A DNA stretch of 64,000 nucleotides from a virus. The stretch covers positions 32,001-96,000 of IMG/VR virus record IMGVR_UViG_3300034102_002101. One strand, written 5' to 3'. Shown one piece after another: positions 48,228-57,850 of this stretch (the stretch's first letter is position 1; each line of letters starts with the position of its first letter). Made by a program: the position numbers and the translations under genes. The notes beneath the pieces are model-generated. The model searched no databases. It was not told where the DNA came from and saw only the letters and a list, made by a program, of their open reading frames with translations.

Positions 48228-50252
48228 ATGAATAAATATGGGAAGACACTAAATTTAAAGAATGTAAAAGCGGATATAATAGATACCGACCCGTTTTCCT
48301 CATATTTTGTCGTTTCGGAATTACCTAATATATTAACGTCAGGAAAAAATGGATTTTCGATAAACGGATCGAATTTACTGAAAGTTGGTTCTGAGGTGTA
48401 TATAGAGGTATTGAACGTAAATGGTTCAAACATATACGTTGAAGTGGCAAAAAATTCATCCAAGGTATCGTATAAGGAAGGTTCTAGTATAGTATACTCA
48501 ATACAAATATACGCCGATACCCCAGTTGGTGTCGGTATTATATATCTAGTTGGTACGGATACTTATGGGAAATTAGTAAAGTGGAAGAAAAATATAGAGA
48601 TAAATCCATCTATACAAAACAAGTCGAAGGTTAGATTTTATAATAAACCATCGATACAAGTTACTCCGTTCATAAATGTAACATCAGAAACAGATGTTAT
48701 TGAGACAAATATAAATGGAACATTTAAAGGAATACCAGTTAAGCCTATGGCTGGATATCCTATTAGCTACATAGACCAAGGTAGGGAAGAGTATGAATAT
48801 ATCATAGATATTACTTCTGGTGGGAGTCTCACCAGTGATATGGTCGGAAGAACAATAACGTTGAATGGGAATGATTACATAATACAAGAGGTAATAAACT
48901 CATCTAAATTAAAAATTGCTTACCCAATAACAAAAAATGGAAAAATATCTAGTGATTCTGGTGACTTAAGTATCGAGTATTACCCATATAATAATCCAAC
49001 AACGATATCTAGCAACGCATTTAAAAAGATAGGTACTGCCGAAATATTATTCAGAAACATAGAAACATTTACTGGTAAAATTTATAGATATAAAATATAT
49101 AGATCCAGTATAAATGCACCATACGATTCTGAATGTATATCTACAGGAATTTTTTATGCTACCGAGCATATATATGATTCAGAGACGCCGTATAGACACC
49201 AAAGCGTTCTTGGTAAAATATTAAACTCCGAGTTTTTAGATCAACATTGGTTTGTCAGTAATCCGTCTACTGATCTATCACACTCACCAGACAAGATGAT
49301 AGATTCATTCGAGACTAATGGATTCGAAAACTCGACAAGAAAATCCGACTACATTATTGTAAAGTCCGGTGTAAGTGGTAGTGTTGATTATGTTCCATAT
49401 GATAATGTTACTTATATGGATAGATCTAGTGATGTATACAATTCAAATTTTATTAGGTTATATAAAAATATCGAATATATATTTTCCGCCGACGTAATAA
49501 AAACTAGTAACACGCACGATACTTCTGGTATAGAATTCTATCTAAAGAGTTCTTTCAGTAACGCAATGAACAATAAAATTTGCGATTCTACTGGTTTGAA
49601 ATTATTCGAATTAAGTGATAATAAAACTGGTACGATATACTATGGAAAAGTTAATGGATCATTTATATTAGAGGAGGATTGTTATGGTACGTTAGTTATA
49701 TATCCATACAGGTCCAATTACGTATTATCTAATATTAGCATAAAACCATATACCGATTATTCATATGGACCGGACATATTTTCTATCCGAGTTCCATTTG
49801 ACGTTAGAGCTAAGAACGAAGGAAATAAAATAACCTGTGAGTTACTGGATGTTGATAATAAGTTAGTAATCGGTGAATTATCTACGATACAATATTTTGA
49901 TCCATATGGAGTAACGTATCCGTTTAACGTAATCAAAGATAACGCCGAATTAATACTAGACTTAGCCGATATAGAAATGGAGATGGGCGTGTTATCTGGC
50001 AGTTTATATAGTACCAGCCAATCGTTAATATCGTTGTCCTCCGAATTTTATTCTACTTCAGAAAGCTTCGAAAGTAGATTCATACAATTAAGCGAGTCTG
50101 TTTCCCGTATTAGTGGATCTACTGTCAGTGGGTCTTTTGCTATAGCAACTACGACAACCCTCGGATCGGTGTCAGTAGGAAATGGATTGAAAATAAACGT
50201 GAATGGTTCACTTTCACTCGACTATGCCGCGATTACTTGGGGAGGAGTTTAA
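48228..50252 (+). CDS. Putative virion structural protein
   Basis: Late motif upstream; C-terminal IATTTTLGSVSVGNGLKINVNGSL fibre-like repeat. Confidence 0.55.
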   Translation: MNKYGKTLNLKNVKADIIDTDPFSSYFVVSELPNILTSGKNGFSINGSNLLKVGSEVYIEVLNVNGSNIYVEVAKNSSKVSYKEGSSIVYSIQIYADTPVGVGIIYLVGTDTYGKLVKWKKNIEINPSIQNKSKVRFYNKPSIQVTPFINVTSETDVIETNINGTFKGIPVKPMAGYPISYIDQGREEYEYIIDITSGGSLTSDMVGRTITLNGNDYIIQEVINSSKLKIAYPITKNGKISSDSGDLSIEYYPYNNPTTISSNAFKKIGTAEILFRNIETFTGKIYRYKIYRSSINAPYDSECISTGIFYATEHIYDSETPYRHQSVLGKILNSEFLDQHWFVSNPSTDLSHSPDKMIDSFETNGFENSTRKSDYIIVKSGVSGSVDYVPYDNVTYMDRSSDVYNSNFIRLYKNIEYIFSADVIKTSNTHDTSGIEFYLKSSFSNAMNNKICDSTGLKLFELSDNKTGTIYYGKVNGSFILEEDCYGTLVIYPYRSNYVLSNISIKPYTDYSYGPDIFSIRVPFDVRAKNEGNKITCELLDVDNKLVIGELSTIQYFDPYGVTYPFNVIKDNAELILDLADIEMEMGVLSGSLYSTSQSLISLSSEFYSTSESFESRFIQLSESVSRISGSTVSGSFAIATTTTLGSVSVGNGLKINVNGSLSLDYAAITWGGV

Positions 50253-51508
50253 ATCCTCTTCCAATTATAGAAATCATCGTTATTTATTAACTTATTTCTA
50301 TAATCTTCTAATTTACTTATGTGTATCTTGAATATATCGTATTCAAAATCACCAACTTCTCCGGAATCAGATAATATCTGAGATAAGTTTCTGATGAAAT
50401 CAAATTGATCGTGTCTGGTTAATTGTCTCGCATCGAAACTGATAATTATATCGGTCGTCAATAGACCGAGCGTTTCTTCCATAATCTTGTCTGATAGATT
50501 GAATATAGTATTTGGTTGTTCGTTCTTGATGTACTCTTTTGATATCTTGGAATTAGTTAAGTGCATTTGGTCACACCATGGCTCCAGAAGTGCCAATAGT
50601 TGAGCGTTACAATGATTTATATTCAAACCTATGTCGTAGCGTGGATGTGTGATTGGTTTCATTAAATCATCATGTAGAACGTCAGTATGCCATTTTCTCC
50701 ACCAATCTCTGAATTTAATATTTCTTAGTTTCGTGTATTCTTCTGAATCCTTTGGTTTGTACCATTTAGATCCATCCGGTAAATCAACCACTCTTTCTAT
50801 TTCGAGTCTACCTTTGAACCTAGAACCTCTGCAAGTCATATGATAGACAAAAGAATCTCTCGATTGAATTATTCGTAAGTTGTTCAATACGAACCGATTA
50901 AAAATATCCGAATCCTCCAATTCCATTGGCGCGAACAATTTTTTATCATGTCCTCCTATTTTTTTGAAGTCTGATACGTGCATTCCCCATGGAGCGAATA
51001 TACCTTCTGTCGTCTTGTTTTTATACTCGATTTCACTTATCTCAACAAACTGATCGAATTCTTTCTTTTTAAATTCTTCTGGCTCTAATCCGAGATTTTT
51101 TGTCATTTTTTCGATTCCTGATGGGTGGAGATTTGGTTCTATCCTCGTCGCAGACACCACAATTCCAACTTCCATATATTTCAACATATTCCTAATATAA
51201 TTTGGTGATGCTATCATGTCAGCATGAAATATACTAAACACTTCCTTCGTTGCTAATTCGGCTCCTACATCGTATAAAACAGTATGTCCCTTCCTTTCCG
51301 GTCCCTCGTTTCTATAAATTATAACATTCTCGTCTAACTTCTTTGTCTCATTCATCCATTCCCAAGTTCCATCGGTAGATGCATCATCCAGCAGAATTAT
51401 CTCATGTTTCTCTGCTACATTATCACGTATACTGTTATACGCCGATTTTAAATATTTTAGATTATTCCTACTAGGGATGACGATTGAAATTATTGTGTGT
51501 TTATCCAT
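50249..51508 (-). CDS. GT2 glycosyltransferase
   Basis: ISIVIPSRN, LLDDASTDGT, FHADM, GGHD...EDSD. Confidence 0.9.
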   Translation of the reverse strand: MDKHTIISIVIPSRNNLKYLKSAYNSIRDNVAEKHEIILLDDASTDGTWEWMNETKKLDENVIIYRNEGPERKGHTVLYDVGAELATKEVFSIFHADMIASPNYIRNMLKYMEVGIVVSATRIEPNLHPSGIEKMTKNLGLEPEEFKKKEFDQFVEISEIEYKNKTTEGIFAPWGMHVSDFKKIGGHDKKLFAPMELEDSDIFNRFVLNNLRIIQSRDSFVYHMTCRGSRFKGRLEIERVVDLPDGSKWYKPKDSEEYTKLRNIKFRDWWRKWHTDVLHDDLMKPITHPRYDIGLNINHCNAQLLALLEPWCDQMHLTNSKISKEYIKNEQPNTIFNLSDKIMEETLGLLTTDIIISFDARQLTRHDQFDFIRNLSQILSDSGEVGDFEYDIFKIHISKLEDYRNKLINNDDFYNWKRI

Positions 51509-51591
51509 GTTATACCAACAATATACCGATAAATTAAAAAGTCAATCATTTTTGTTGACATCCACCTTAGATTGTGCTTTCTTTTAGAAAG

Positions 51592-52827
51592 ATGAAACAA
51601 ATTAAAACTATTTTCAAATTAATAAAAGTTGATTCCAAGGAAAATTCAAATAAATTCTGGAATGGGATTATTTATGACGATGGTTCTGCTCGCACGGAAT
51701 GGGGGCGGGTCGGATATTCTTCACAGTCAAAAGATTTCTCGTGTTCATTGGTAATAGAAAAAAAGAAAAATGAGAAGTTAAAGGATGGTTATGAAGAACT
51801 AAAAATTGTATTAGAAGGAGTTTCTAATCTATTACCAGCATTGGATCAAAAGAAATCACTACTAGAAATCGCAAAGAAGCAAATAAAAACATCGTCTTCC
51901 AAGTTGGACGACCTGATTCAGAGACTGGTGAAGAGTAATATCCATAATATTACGAGTTCCACCCAATTGAAGTTTGATTCGTCAACTGGATTGTTCCAGA
52001 CCCCACTAGGAGTCGTTTTACCGGAAGCAATAACAGATGCACGCGACTTGTTGGTAGAGATTAAACAAAATTACCAAAGTCCAGCTAAATTAGAAAAACT
52101 TGTCGTGAAATACCTAAGACTTATTCCACATGATATCGGAATGAAGTTTAATGTTAGAAACATTTTCCCAGACGAGAAACAAATCGAAAAGGAAAATGAT
52201 ATTCTTGACTCATTGAATGCCTCTTATGATGCTATTCAAAATAACTCAAATTCTAAGTTATTTAAGAAGTTAGAAGAAAAAATATTTGACATTGAAATTG
52301 ACATATTACAGGACAAAGCAGAATTCGATAGAATCTCTAAGTGGTTTTATCGTAGCAACCACGCGACTCATGGATACAAGAATGTAAAAATTGCTAATTG
52401 CTATAAATTGAATACGGGATTTGACTTCGATGGTAAGCTAGGAAACATAACCGAAGTATTCCATTCAACTGGAGAAGCAAATCTATTGAGCATTTTAAAG
52501 TCCGGTCTTCGTGTATCTCCACCAGCTACTGCTTATATTAGTGGATTATTGTATAGTTCTGGTGTGTATGGTGCTGTCGATAGCTCAAAATCCCTACAAT
52601 ATACATTCGGTAGATTCGGTGGGAGTGTTGGTAGTTCTGGTTGGTGCTTTATTGCCGAATTTGCGATGGGAAGACAATATAATATAACTACGTATGGGGG
52701 TAAATTACCGATTGGATATGATTCGATTTATGCAAAAAAAGAATTGACGGGGCTTAGATTTGATGAATTGATCGTCCCACAGTCAACTCAAGTAAAATTA
52801 AAATATTTGCTAGAAGTAACAAAATAA
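51592..52827 (+). CDS. WGR-domain PARP-like ADP-ribosyltransferase
   Basis: NKFW...EWGRVG (WGR); YLRLIPH (PARP helical domain); catalytic H (VFHST), Y (GVYGA..SSKSLQY) and E (FDELIV); ATG 51592 preferred as start; TTGACA at 51555. Confidence 0.85.
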   Translation: MKQIKTIFKLIKVDSKENSNKFWNGIIYDDGSARTEWGRVGYSSQSKDFSCSLVIEKKKNEKLKDGYEELKIVLEGVSNLLPALDQKKSLLEIAKKQIKTSSSKLDDLIQRLVKSNIHNITSSTQLKFDSSTGLFQTPLGVVLPEAITDARDLLVEIKQNYQSPAKLEKLVVKYLRLIPHDIGMKFNVRNIFPDEKQIEKENDILDSLNASYDAIQNNSNSKLFKKLEEKIFDIEIDILQDKAEFDRISKWFYRSNHATHGYKNVKIANCYKLNTGFDFDGKLGNITEVFHSTGEANLLSILKSGLRVSPPATAYISGLLYSSGVYGAVDSSKSLQYTFGRFGGSVGSSGWCFIAEFAMGRQYNITTYGGKLPIGYDSIYAKKELTGLRFDELIVPQSTQVKLKYLLEVTK

Positions 52828-52838
52828 ATAAAAATAAA

Positions 52839-53372
52839 ATGAAAACATTAAAAGATGTAGTGGAAATGATCGTAAATAGCATGAATATGCCGAATTTTTC
52901 AGCATATGACATTACCGGATTGATTAGGCATCATGTTGAATGGGCTAAGTCCAGAGAGAAGTTTGACATTGCACTATCCCCACCAAATTCACAACATTGG
53001 TACAATATCAAACACGAAGATGTCCGTGCTATTATTGTTGATATGTATAAGTCAGGTAAATTGACTAGAAAGCCAAATGGTGATTATTATACATATAATA
53101 TTGCAACTCCATTGGTTTCCACACATAAGATTGCCTCCGTACCAACAAAGCAAGTTAAGGTTGTGGCAAACAAAAGTACAAGTAACGATCTTGCTGATTT
53201 AGTTTATAACTTTTTGCTCAGAAGAAAGTCTCCAGCAATTGTTTCACTGAAACAGATCCAGAGCGCATTGAAGCGTCGTGGGAATTTCACATGCAAAGAA
53301 ATTAGTGAGATTAAGCACCCACTATTGCGGCTGGTTGTTAATCCAAGTCTATCGAAGTCATACTTCCAATAA
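52839..53372 (+). CDS. Hypothetical basic protein, possibly DNA-binding
   Basis: Directly follows the PARP; winged-helix-like segments suspected but not confirmed. Confidence 0.55.
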   Translation: MKTLKDVVEMIVNSMNMPNFSAYDITGLIRHHVEWAKSREKFDIALSPPNSQHWYNIKHEDVRAIIVDMYKSGKLTRKPNGDYYTYNIATPLVSTHKIASVPTKQVKVVANKSTSNDLADLVYNFLLRRKSPAIVSLKQIQSALKRRGNFTCKEISEIKHPLLRLVVNPSLSKSYFQ

Positions 53373-53375
53373 AAG

Positions 53376-53405
53376 AAAAACCCCCGATTTAAATCGGGGG
53401 TTTTT
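53376..53405. terminator. Bidirectional Rho-independent terminator
   Basis: Perfect 30-bp palindrome AAAAACCCCCGATTTAAATCGGGGGTTTTT between convergent genes. Confidence 0.9.
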
Positions 53406-53407
53406 TG

Positions 53408-53920
53408 TTACTTAATTTCGGCGATCAATATATCGTCTTCTTCTATTCCACGCTCATATGAAATAGAATACTCAGGATTAATTTCCAATACTTTGGATAT
53501 CAATTGTTCCAATGTAGTTGTAAAGTGACCGTTCTTATATAGTCGAATATCATCAATATAAATTATATGATTTTTTATATGGTGATTTTTTATAGCTTCC
53601 AATTCAAAAATAATCGGATCTTCGACCACACCATTTCCAGTATCTCCACCGGAAAAATGACCATCCAACCAAAACGTTATGGGTTCGTTTATTTCTTCTA
53701 TTGCCCCATATAGGCAATTAGCAGCATCACCTTTTAGAATTGATACTCTGATATCTCCACGAAACCTATCAACACAGATATCAGAAAACTTATCCGTCAA
53801 TTCTATGGATATGACGTTATTAAATCCAGAATCCAATGCTTGTTGGATTCCGTCACCCATAAAGCATCCGGTTTCAACGAACACGTTGTTAACCTTCTTA
53901 AAAGGCGTTGGTTTAGGCAT
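53408..53920 (-). CDS. Class I SAM methyltransferase-like protein
   Basis: FVETGCFMGDG, SIE, FWLDGH, IDD. Confidence 0.65.
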   Translation of the reverse strand: MPKPTPFKKVNNVFVETGCFMGDGIQQALDSGFNNVISIELTDKFSDICVDRFRGDIRVSILKGDAANCLYGAIEEINEPITFWLDGHFSGGDTGNGVVEDPIIFELEAIKNHHIKNHIIYIDDIRLYKNGHFTTTLEQLISKVLEINPEYSISYERGIEEDDILIAEIK

Positions 53921-53921
53921 A

Positions 53922-54560
53922 TTAGTTTATCTTTCTTGCCATTATATCACCTTCACCGAATGGATGTCCATCAGCAGCATAAAATTCAAATTCAAATCCA
54001 TTATCAGTCAAGAACTTCTCGATTGATTCTTTGGATGAATGTCCTTTATAATATGCAACTTGTGCGGCTTCTAGGTGAATATATTTTACATTCTTGATGA
54101 TCTGTTCAAAACCTTCAAGTACAGCTAGTTCATGTCCCTGTACATCCATCCATACAACTAATGATGTTGTGTCTAATTGTGGATTTTCTGACATAAATGC
54201 ATTTACTGTAGTCGCATCAACTTCTATTTTGCTCTTATCTTGACTACCAAACGGAACATGGATTGGTTCCAGTATTGATGAGCATCCAATATTCCCATCA
54301 GTTACCCAAAAATCAACTTTTCCTACATAATTGCTAAGTGCTAAATTATGGACTTTTATATTTGTATATCTGCGGCTCTTGTCTTCACAGATATTATACT
54401 GATTTGGTGTTGGTTCAAATGCTGCAATTTCACATCCACGCCAAATAGCGTCAAATTCTTCTGACTGGTCTAAGTCTCTGGAACCAATATCCAATATTAG
54501 CGATGGGACGAATGCTGGTTCGTATTTTTGTATGTAATTTATAAATTTTGATATAAGCAT
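53922..54560 (-). CDS. FkbM-family methyltransferase
   Basis: ILDIGS, AFEP, NLALSN, WMDVQGHELAVLEG. Confidence 0.9.
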   Translation of the reverse strand: MLISKFINYIQKYEPAFVPSLILDIGSRDLDQSEEFDAIWRGCEIAAFEPTPNQYNICEDKSRRYTNIKVHNLALSNYVGKVDFWVTDGNIGCSSILEPIHVPFGSQDKSKIEVDATTVNAFMSENPQLDTTSLVVWMDVQGHELAVLEGFEQIIKNVKYIHLEAAQVAYYKGHSSKESIEKFLTDNGFEFEFYAADGHPFGEGDIMARKIN

Positions 54561-54565
54561 ATTTG

Positions 54566-55180
54566 TTATCCTAAGTATGTTGATTTGTGATATTCGTAAT
54601 GTTCGTTTGTTAAATTATACTTTTGCCAATAAAAGTCAATATTATTTTCTGGTAATTTATTAATACAATAATCGAAGTATTCTTTCGATTCTTCGAAAGA
54701 CACTATATTCGTTCCGTGTTTCTTATTATAATTATTTAGTAGTATTCGCTCGGCAAATTCTCCATTATGTTCATCTATTGTCCAGAAATCTATTAGATCG
54801 TCTGTTTTTCCATACATCAGATAGTCAACCATATAACCATCTACGTGCCATGTGTAAAATATTATCTTACCCGTATACATTTCTTCAAGTATACTTGCGA
54901 ATTCCTCTATTTTAGGTATAGAAAAATCAGTTCTGATCTTTAATGAAAATTCATATCCCATTAATTTAGCAAGAGCCAATCCACATAAAGTAGTATTAGC
55001 TTGTCTATTTATATTTCCTACTCCACCGTCAGCGACATCTTGACATTGGTATATATTAATTATATTATCGTAGTTATAATCATTGGTAAATATTATATGG
55101 TGTGCCTTTGTATAATTTGTTACTAAATTATACAAATTTCCTTTCACTGGTCCTTGTATGACTACTGCGGATTTATTCAA
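54566..55180 (-). CDS. WavE-like polysaccharide biosynthesis protein
   Basis: AVVIQGP, NINRQ..TT..GL, LKIRTD. Confidence 0.65.
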   Translation of the reverse strand: MNKSAVVIQGPVKGNLYNLVTNYTKAHHIIFTNDYNYDNIINIYQCQDVADGGVGNINRQANTTLCGLALAKLMGYEFSLKIRTDFSIPKIEEFASILEEMYTGKIIFYTWHVDGYMVDYLMYGKTDDLIDFWTIDEHNGEFAERILLNNYNKKHGTNIVSFEESKEYFDYCINKLPENNIDFYWQKYNLTNEHYEYHKSTYLG

Positions 55181-56384
55181 CTTTTAATCCCCACTTTTTA
55201 ATAGCCGCTTGATATTCGATCCCATAATCCTTATCTATAGATTGGCGCATTGCCTTGGTTCCAGCCAAAGTGCCGAGTGGATGGGAGCTTAATGCGCCAC
55301 CAACATTCGCCATCCAGTCAGAGTGTCCAACTGTTTTTATTATGTATTCAATCAAACCAGGATGCATTCCGCAACTCAAAGCAGCAACGCTATTCTGTTT
55401 AGTTAGTGTATCTATTGACTTTAATGTATTTTCCGCATCATCCAAATAACCACCGATCATACCTGCATGTAGAGTATCGCAACCAGACATAGATACAATT
55501 TTAAATAGTAGATTTTGTGATATGTGATAATCGTGAGTCGGGTGAGTCAGTAGACGATCACCGCTCTTCTGATAATGTAATAAAATCGGTAAGTCTAATT
55601 GGCGTATTGATTTGTATATACCAAACCCACAGTGGAAATTAGTATGTACTCCATTTATACCGTTCTGTTCATGTAGCTTTACTATTCTGTCTAGAAGGAA
55701 CGGGGAGTCCGCATTAATAGATACACAATAAAATACATTAGATTTCTGGCTTCTGATATAATTCATCACCAAGTCAGTTCTCTTGTATACATCACAATGT
55801 TTCGGATTGCTCAATATTTCGTCTTCTTTTATGAAGTTACACCCACCATCAATTAATTGCTTAACTAAATCTAAATGACGTTCTGGGGATAGTCCTATCT
55901 TTGGTTTAACTATCCCACCGAACAATGGTTTTCTGCTATCTACGTTACATATCTTACGCATACCAGATAGACCAATCTTTGGTCCGAGCAATACCTTTTC
56001 CATGTTAGTGGTGAATGTTATATCATTCAAATAGCATTTCTTAATTATATCTATATCCATCTGCCCACCCATACATTGAACCAATAATTGAGAAATTCCA
56101 TCGGTAGCGAAATCTATATTATTCTCCGGAAATGCGATAAACACTATTCCTTCTGTTTTTCCCTTTAATTCATCTTCATCAGCAAGAATTAAACAACTAT
56201 GATCGTCTATTAGTTCCTGCGTTTCAAATTCAGATCTAGCGGATGGATTACCTATCGATTGACCGATTGCCAAATTCCATGCCGCTTCTCTTAAAGTTGA
56301 TGATGACTTTAAGTAGTACTCACAAATGTAATGTGTATCTTTTAATGTTCCGGTATTTATGTTTTTAAAAATATTGTAATTCAT
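55173..56384 (-). CDS. RuBisCO-like protein (form IV, RLP)
   Basis: GGIVKPKIGL, FIKEDE (carbamylation-site motif), LHYQKSG, DTLHAG, SCGMHPG, NVGGALSSHP.G..AG.KAMRQ; carboxylase residues E60, N123, R295 and K334 appear substituted. Confidence 0.9.
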   Translation of the reverse strand: MNYNIFKNINTGTLKDTHYICEYYLKSSSTLREAAWNLAIGQSIGNPSARSEFETQELIDDHSCLILADEDELKGKTEGIVFIAFPENNIDFATDGISQLLVQCMGGQMDIDIIKKCYLNDITFTTNMEKVLLGPKIGLSGMRKICNVDSRKPLFGGIVKPKIGLSPERHLDLVKQLIDGGCNFIKEDEILSNPKHCDVYKRTDLVMNYIRSQKSNVFYCVSINADSPFLLDRIVKLHEQNGINGVHTNFHCGFGIYKSIRQLDLPILLHYQKSGDRLLTHPTHDYHISQNLLFKIVSMSGCDTLHAGMIGGYLDDAENTLKSIDTLTKQNSVAALSCGMHPGLIEYIIKTVGHSDWMANVGGALSSHPLGTLAGTKAMRQSIDKDYGIEYQAAIKKWGLKVE

Positions 56385-56385
56385 A

Positions 56386-56706
56386 TTATACTTCGTATTT
56401 ATCTCCGACGATTGATGGGATCTTTACTACTATTAATTTAGAGTCTTCTACTGGAGTCGCAAATACTACCTCATTTGGGTGAAGAATAAATACTTGACCA
56501 GCCAAAATCGTTTCACTGTTTATTATCATTTTCCCCTCGACTAGTAAATTTATTTCTGTTGCTATCTTGTGATAATGTGGGGTTATTACCTCGTCCTTAT
56601 GGTGGATTTTATAGCAAACTTCCGCTTTATCGGTTTTGAATGCTGTTGGTAAAAAATCACCAACAAACCAATTTCCCTTCATTTCATTTAAATTAAGTAT
56701 TGTCAT
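56386..56706 (-). CDS. Small cupin-domain protein
   Basis: WFVGDF.P, HYHKIATEINLLVEG. Confidence 0.8.
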   Translation of the reverse strand: MTILNLNEMKGNWFVGDFLPTAFKTDKAEVCYKIHHKDEVITPHYHKIATEINLLVEGKMIINSETILAGQVFILHPNEVVFATPVEDSKLIVVKIPSIVGDKYEV

Positions 56707-56708
56707 TT

Positions 56709-57419
56709 TTATAGATTTCTTAGAGCTTTATATGATTCGTAATCCTCGGGAGTTCCTATTGGATAATGGAGGTTAAATTGAAACGGCATTAACTTCTTAC
56801 CACATGCTATCAAATTATTGAACGTTTCTGACAAGTAATATTCCCCATTAACTGTTTTTCCACTGGCAATCAATTCTTCTGTTGATTTTACGAATAAAAT
56901 GCCAGACTTCCAGTAATGAAAACCGTTGGTTGCTGTGTTGCTTATTACTTGCTTCTCTCGCAACTCAATTATTTCGTTCTTTTCGTTTACTTTTACGTAG
57001 CTATTTTTTGGACTAGTGGAATGGAATGTTCCTAAGCATCCATCTAAATTATTGGTTTCACAATAACTTAAAAATAGTTCCATGTTTAGATCTTCTATTA
57101 TCTGGTCACAGTTCGTTACTATTAATGGAACATCGTTATTTACATATTCGCGTGCAAGCAACGCTGAACATGCTGGTCCAGATGGAACATAATCAATCTC
57201 GATAACATTTACGCCCAATAGACACAGTTGATCTTTGGTAATTTGATTCTTATTAATTATAATTGTATAATCAGCATTTTCATATCTCAAATTCCATAAT
57301 ACTGCATGTATCATTGATGTGCGCCCTATCGGAAGAAGAGCCTTTGGTACTGTATATCCAGCATCAAAAAACCTTTGACTTTTTCCTGCCATTGGTATCA
57401 CTATGTTTATTTTACTCAT
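56709..57419 (-). CDS. Sugar-phosphate nucleotidyltransferase
   Basis: IVIPMAGKSQRF...PKALL, NCDQ, VNGEYY, IGTPED. Confidence 0.85.
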   Translation of the reverse strand: MSKINIVIPMAGKSQRFFDAGYTVPKALLPIGRTSMIHAVLWNLRYENADYTIIINKNQITKDQLCLLGVNVIEIDYVPSGPACSALLAREYVNNDVPLIVTNCDQIIEDLNMELFLSYCETNNLDGCLGTFHSTSPKNSYVKVNEKNEIIELREKQVISNTATNGFHYWKSGILFVKSTEELIASGKTVNGEYYLSETFNNLIACGKKLMPFQFNLHYPIGTPEDYESYKALRNL

Positions 57420-57850
57420 TTTTTAAATTTTTCTATGTAATCTGAACATATACCTATACTTCCAGTTGGTATATTAAACCCATGAAGCTCCGGTAATACA
57501 CATATTCCCCCACTCGAATCTAATCCGGTATAATACCAAGAATGTCCATAACTAGTAATAACTACTGGTTCTGTTGTATGATAAAATACGTGGTATCGTT
57601 GTTCTGATAGTATCTTAAATGCTTCTAAATTTTTCGCATGAATCCATATGTTTTCTCCCCAACCATCTAGCGTAGATTGACTTATTCCGTAGTCTGGTTT
57701 GTCATGACCTAACCAGAAAGTTCTGTTTTTATACCACACATCGATCTCGACAATATATCCTTTGGATATCGCCGAGCTTATGTATATTGGCTCGTTCTCC
57801 CAATTTTCGAGTCTACCGTTAATGTTTCCTCTATGTGAAATTAAGATCAT
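57416..57850 (-). CDS. Glycerophosphodiester phosphodiesterase-like (short) protein
   Basis: ISHRGN, EN.P, VEIDVW, LGHD, GICSD; ATG 57850 preferred as start. Confidence 0.7.
   Translation of the reverse strand: MILISHRGNINGRLENWENEPIYISSAISKGYIVEIDVWYKNRTFWLGHDKPDYGISQSTLDGWGENIWIHAKNLEAFKILSEQRYHVFYHTTEPVVITSYGHSWYYTGLDSSGGICVLPELHGFNIPTGSIGICSDYIEKFKK

Noticed and set aside
55173-56384. CO2-fixing RuBisCO (rbcL) as an auxiliary metabolic gene
   Set aside because: Loop-6 Lys334, Arg295, Glu60 and Asn123 equivalents appear substituted; no rbcS or phosphoribulokinase nearby.
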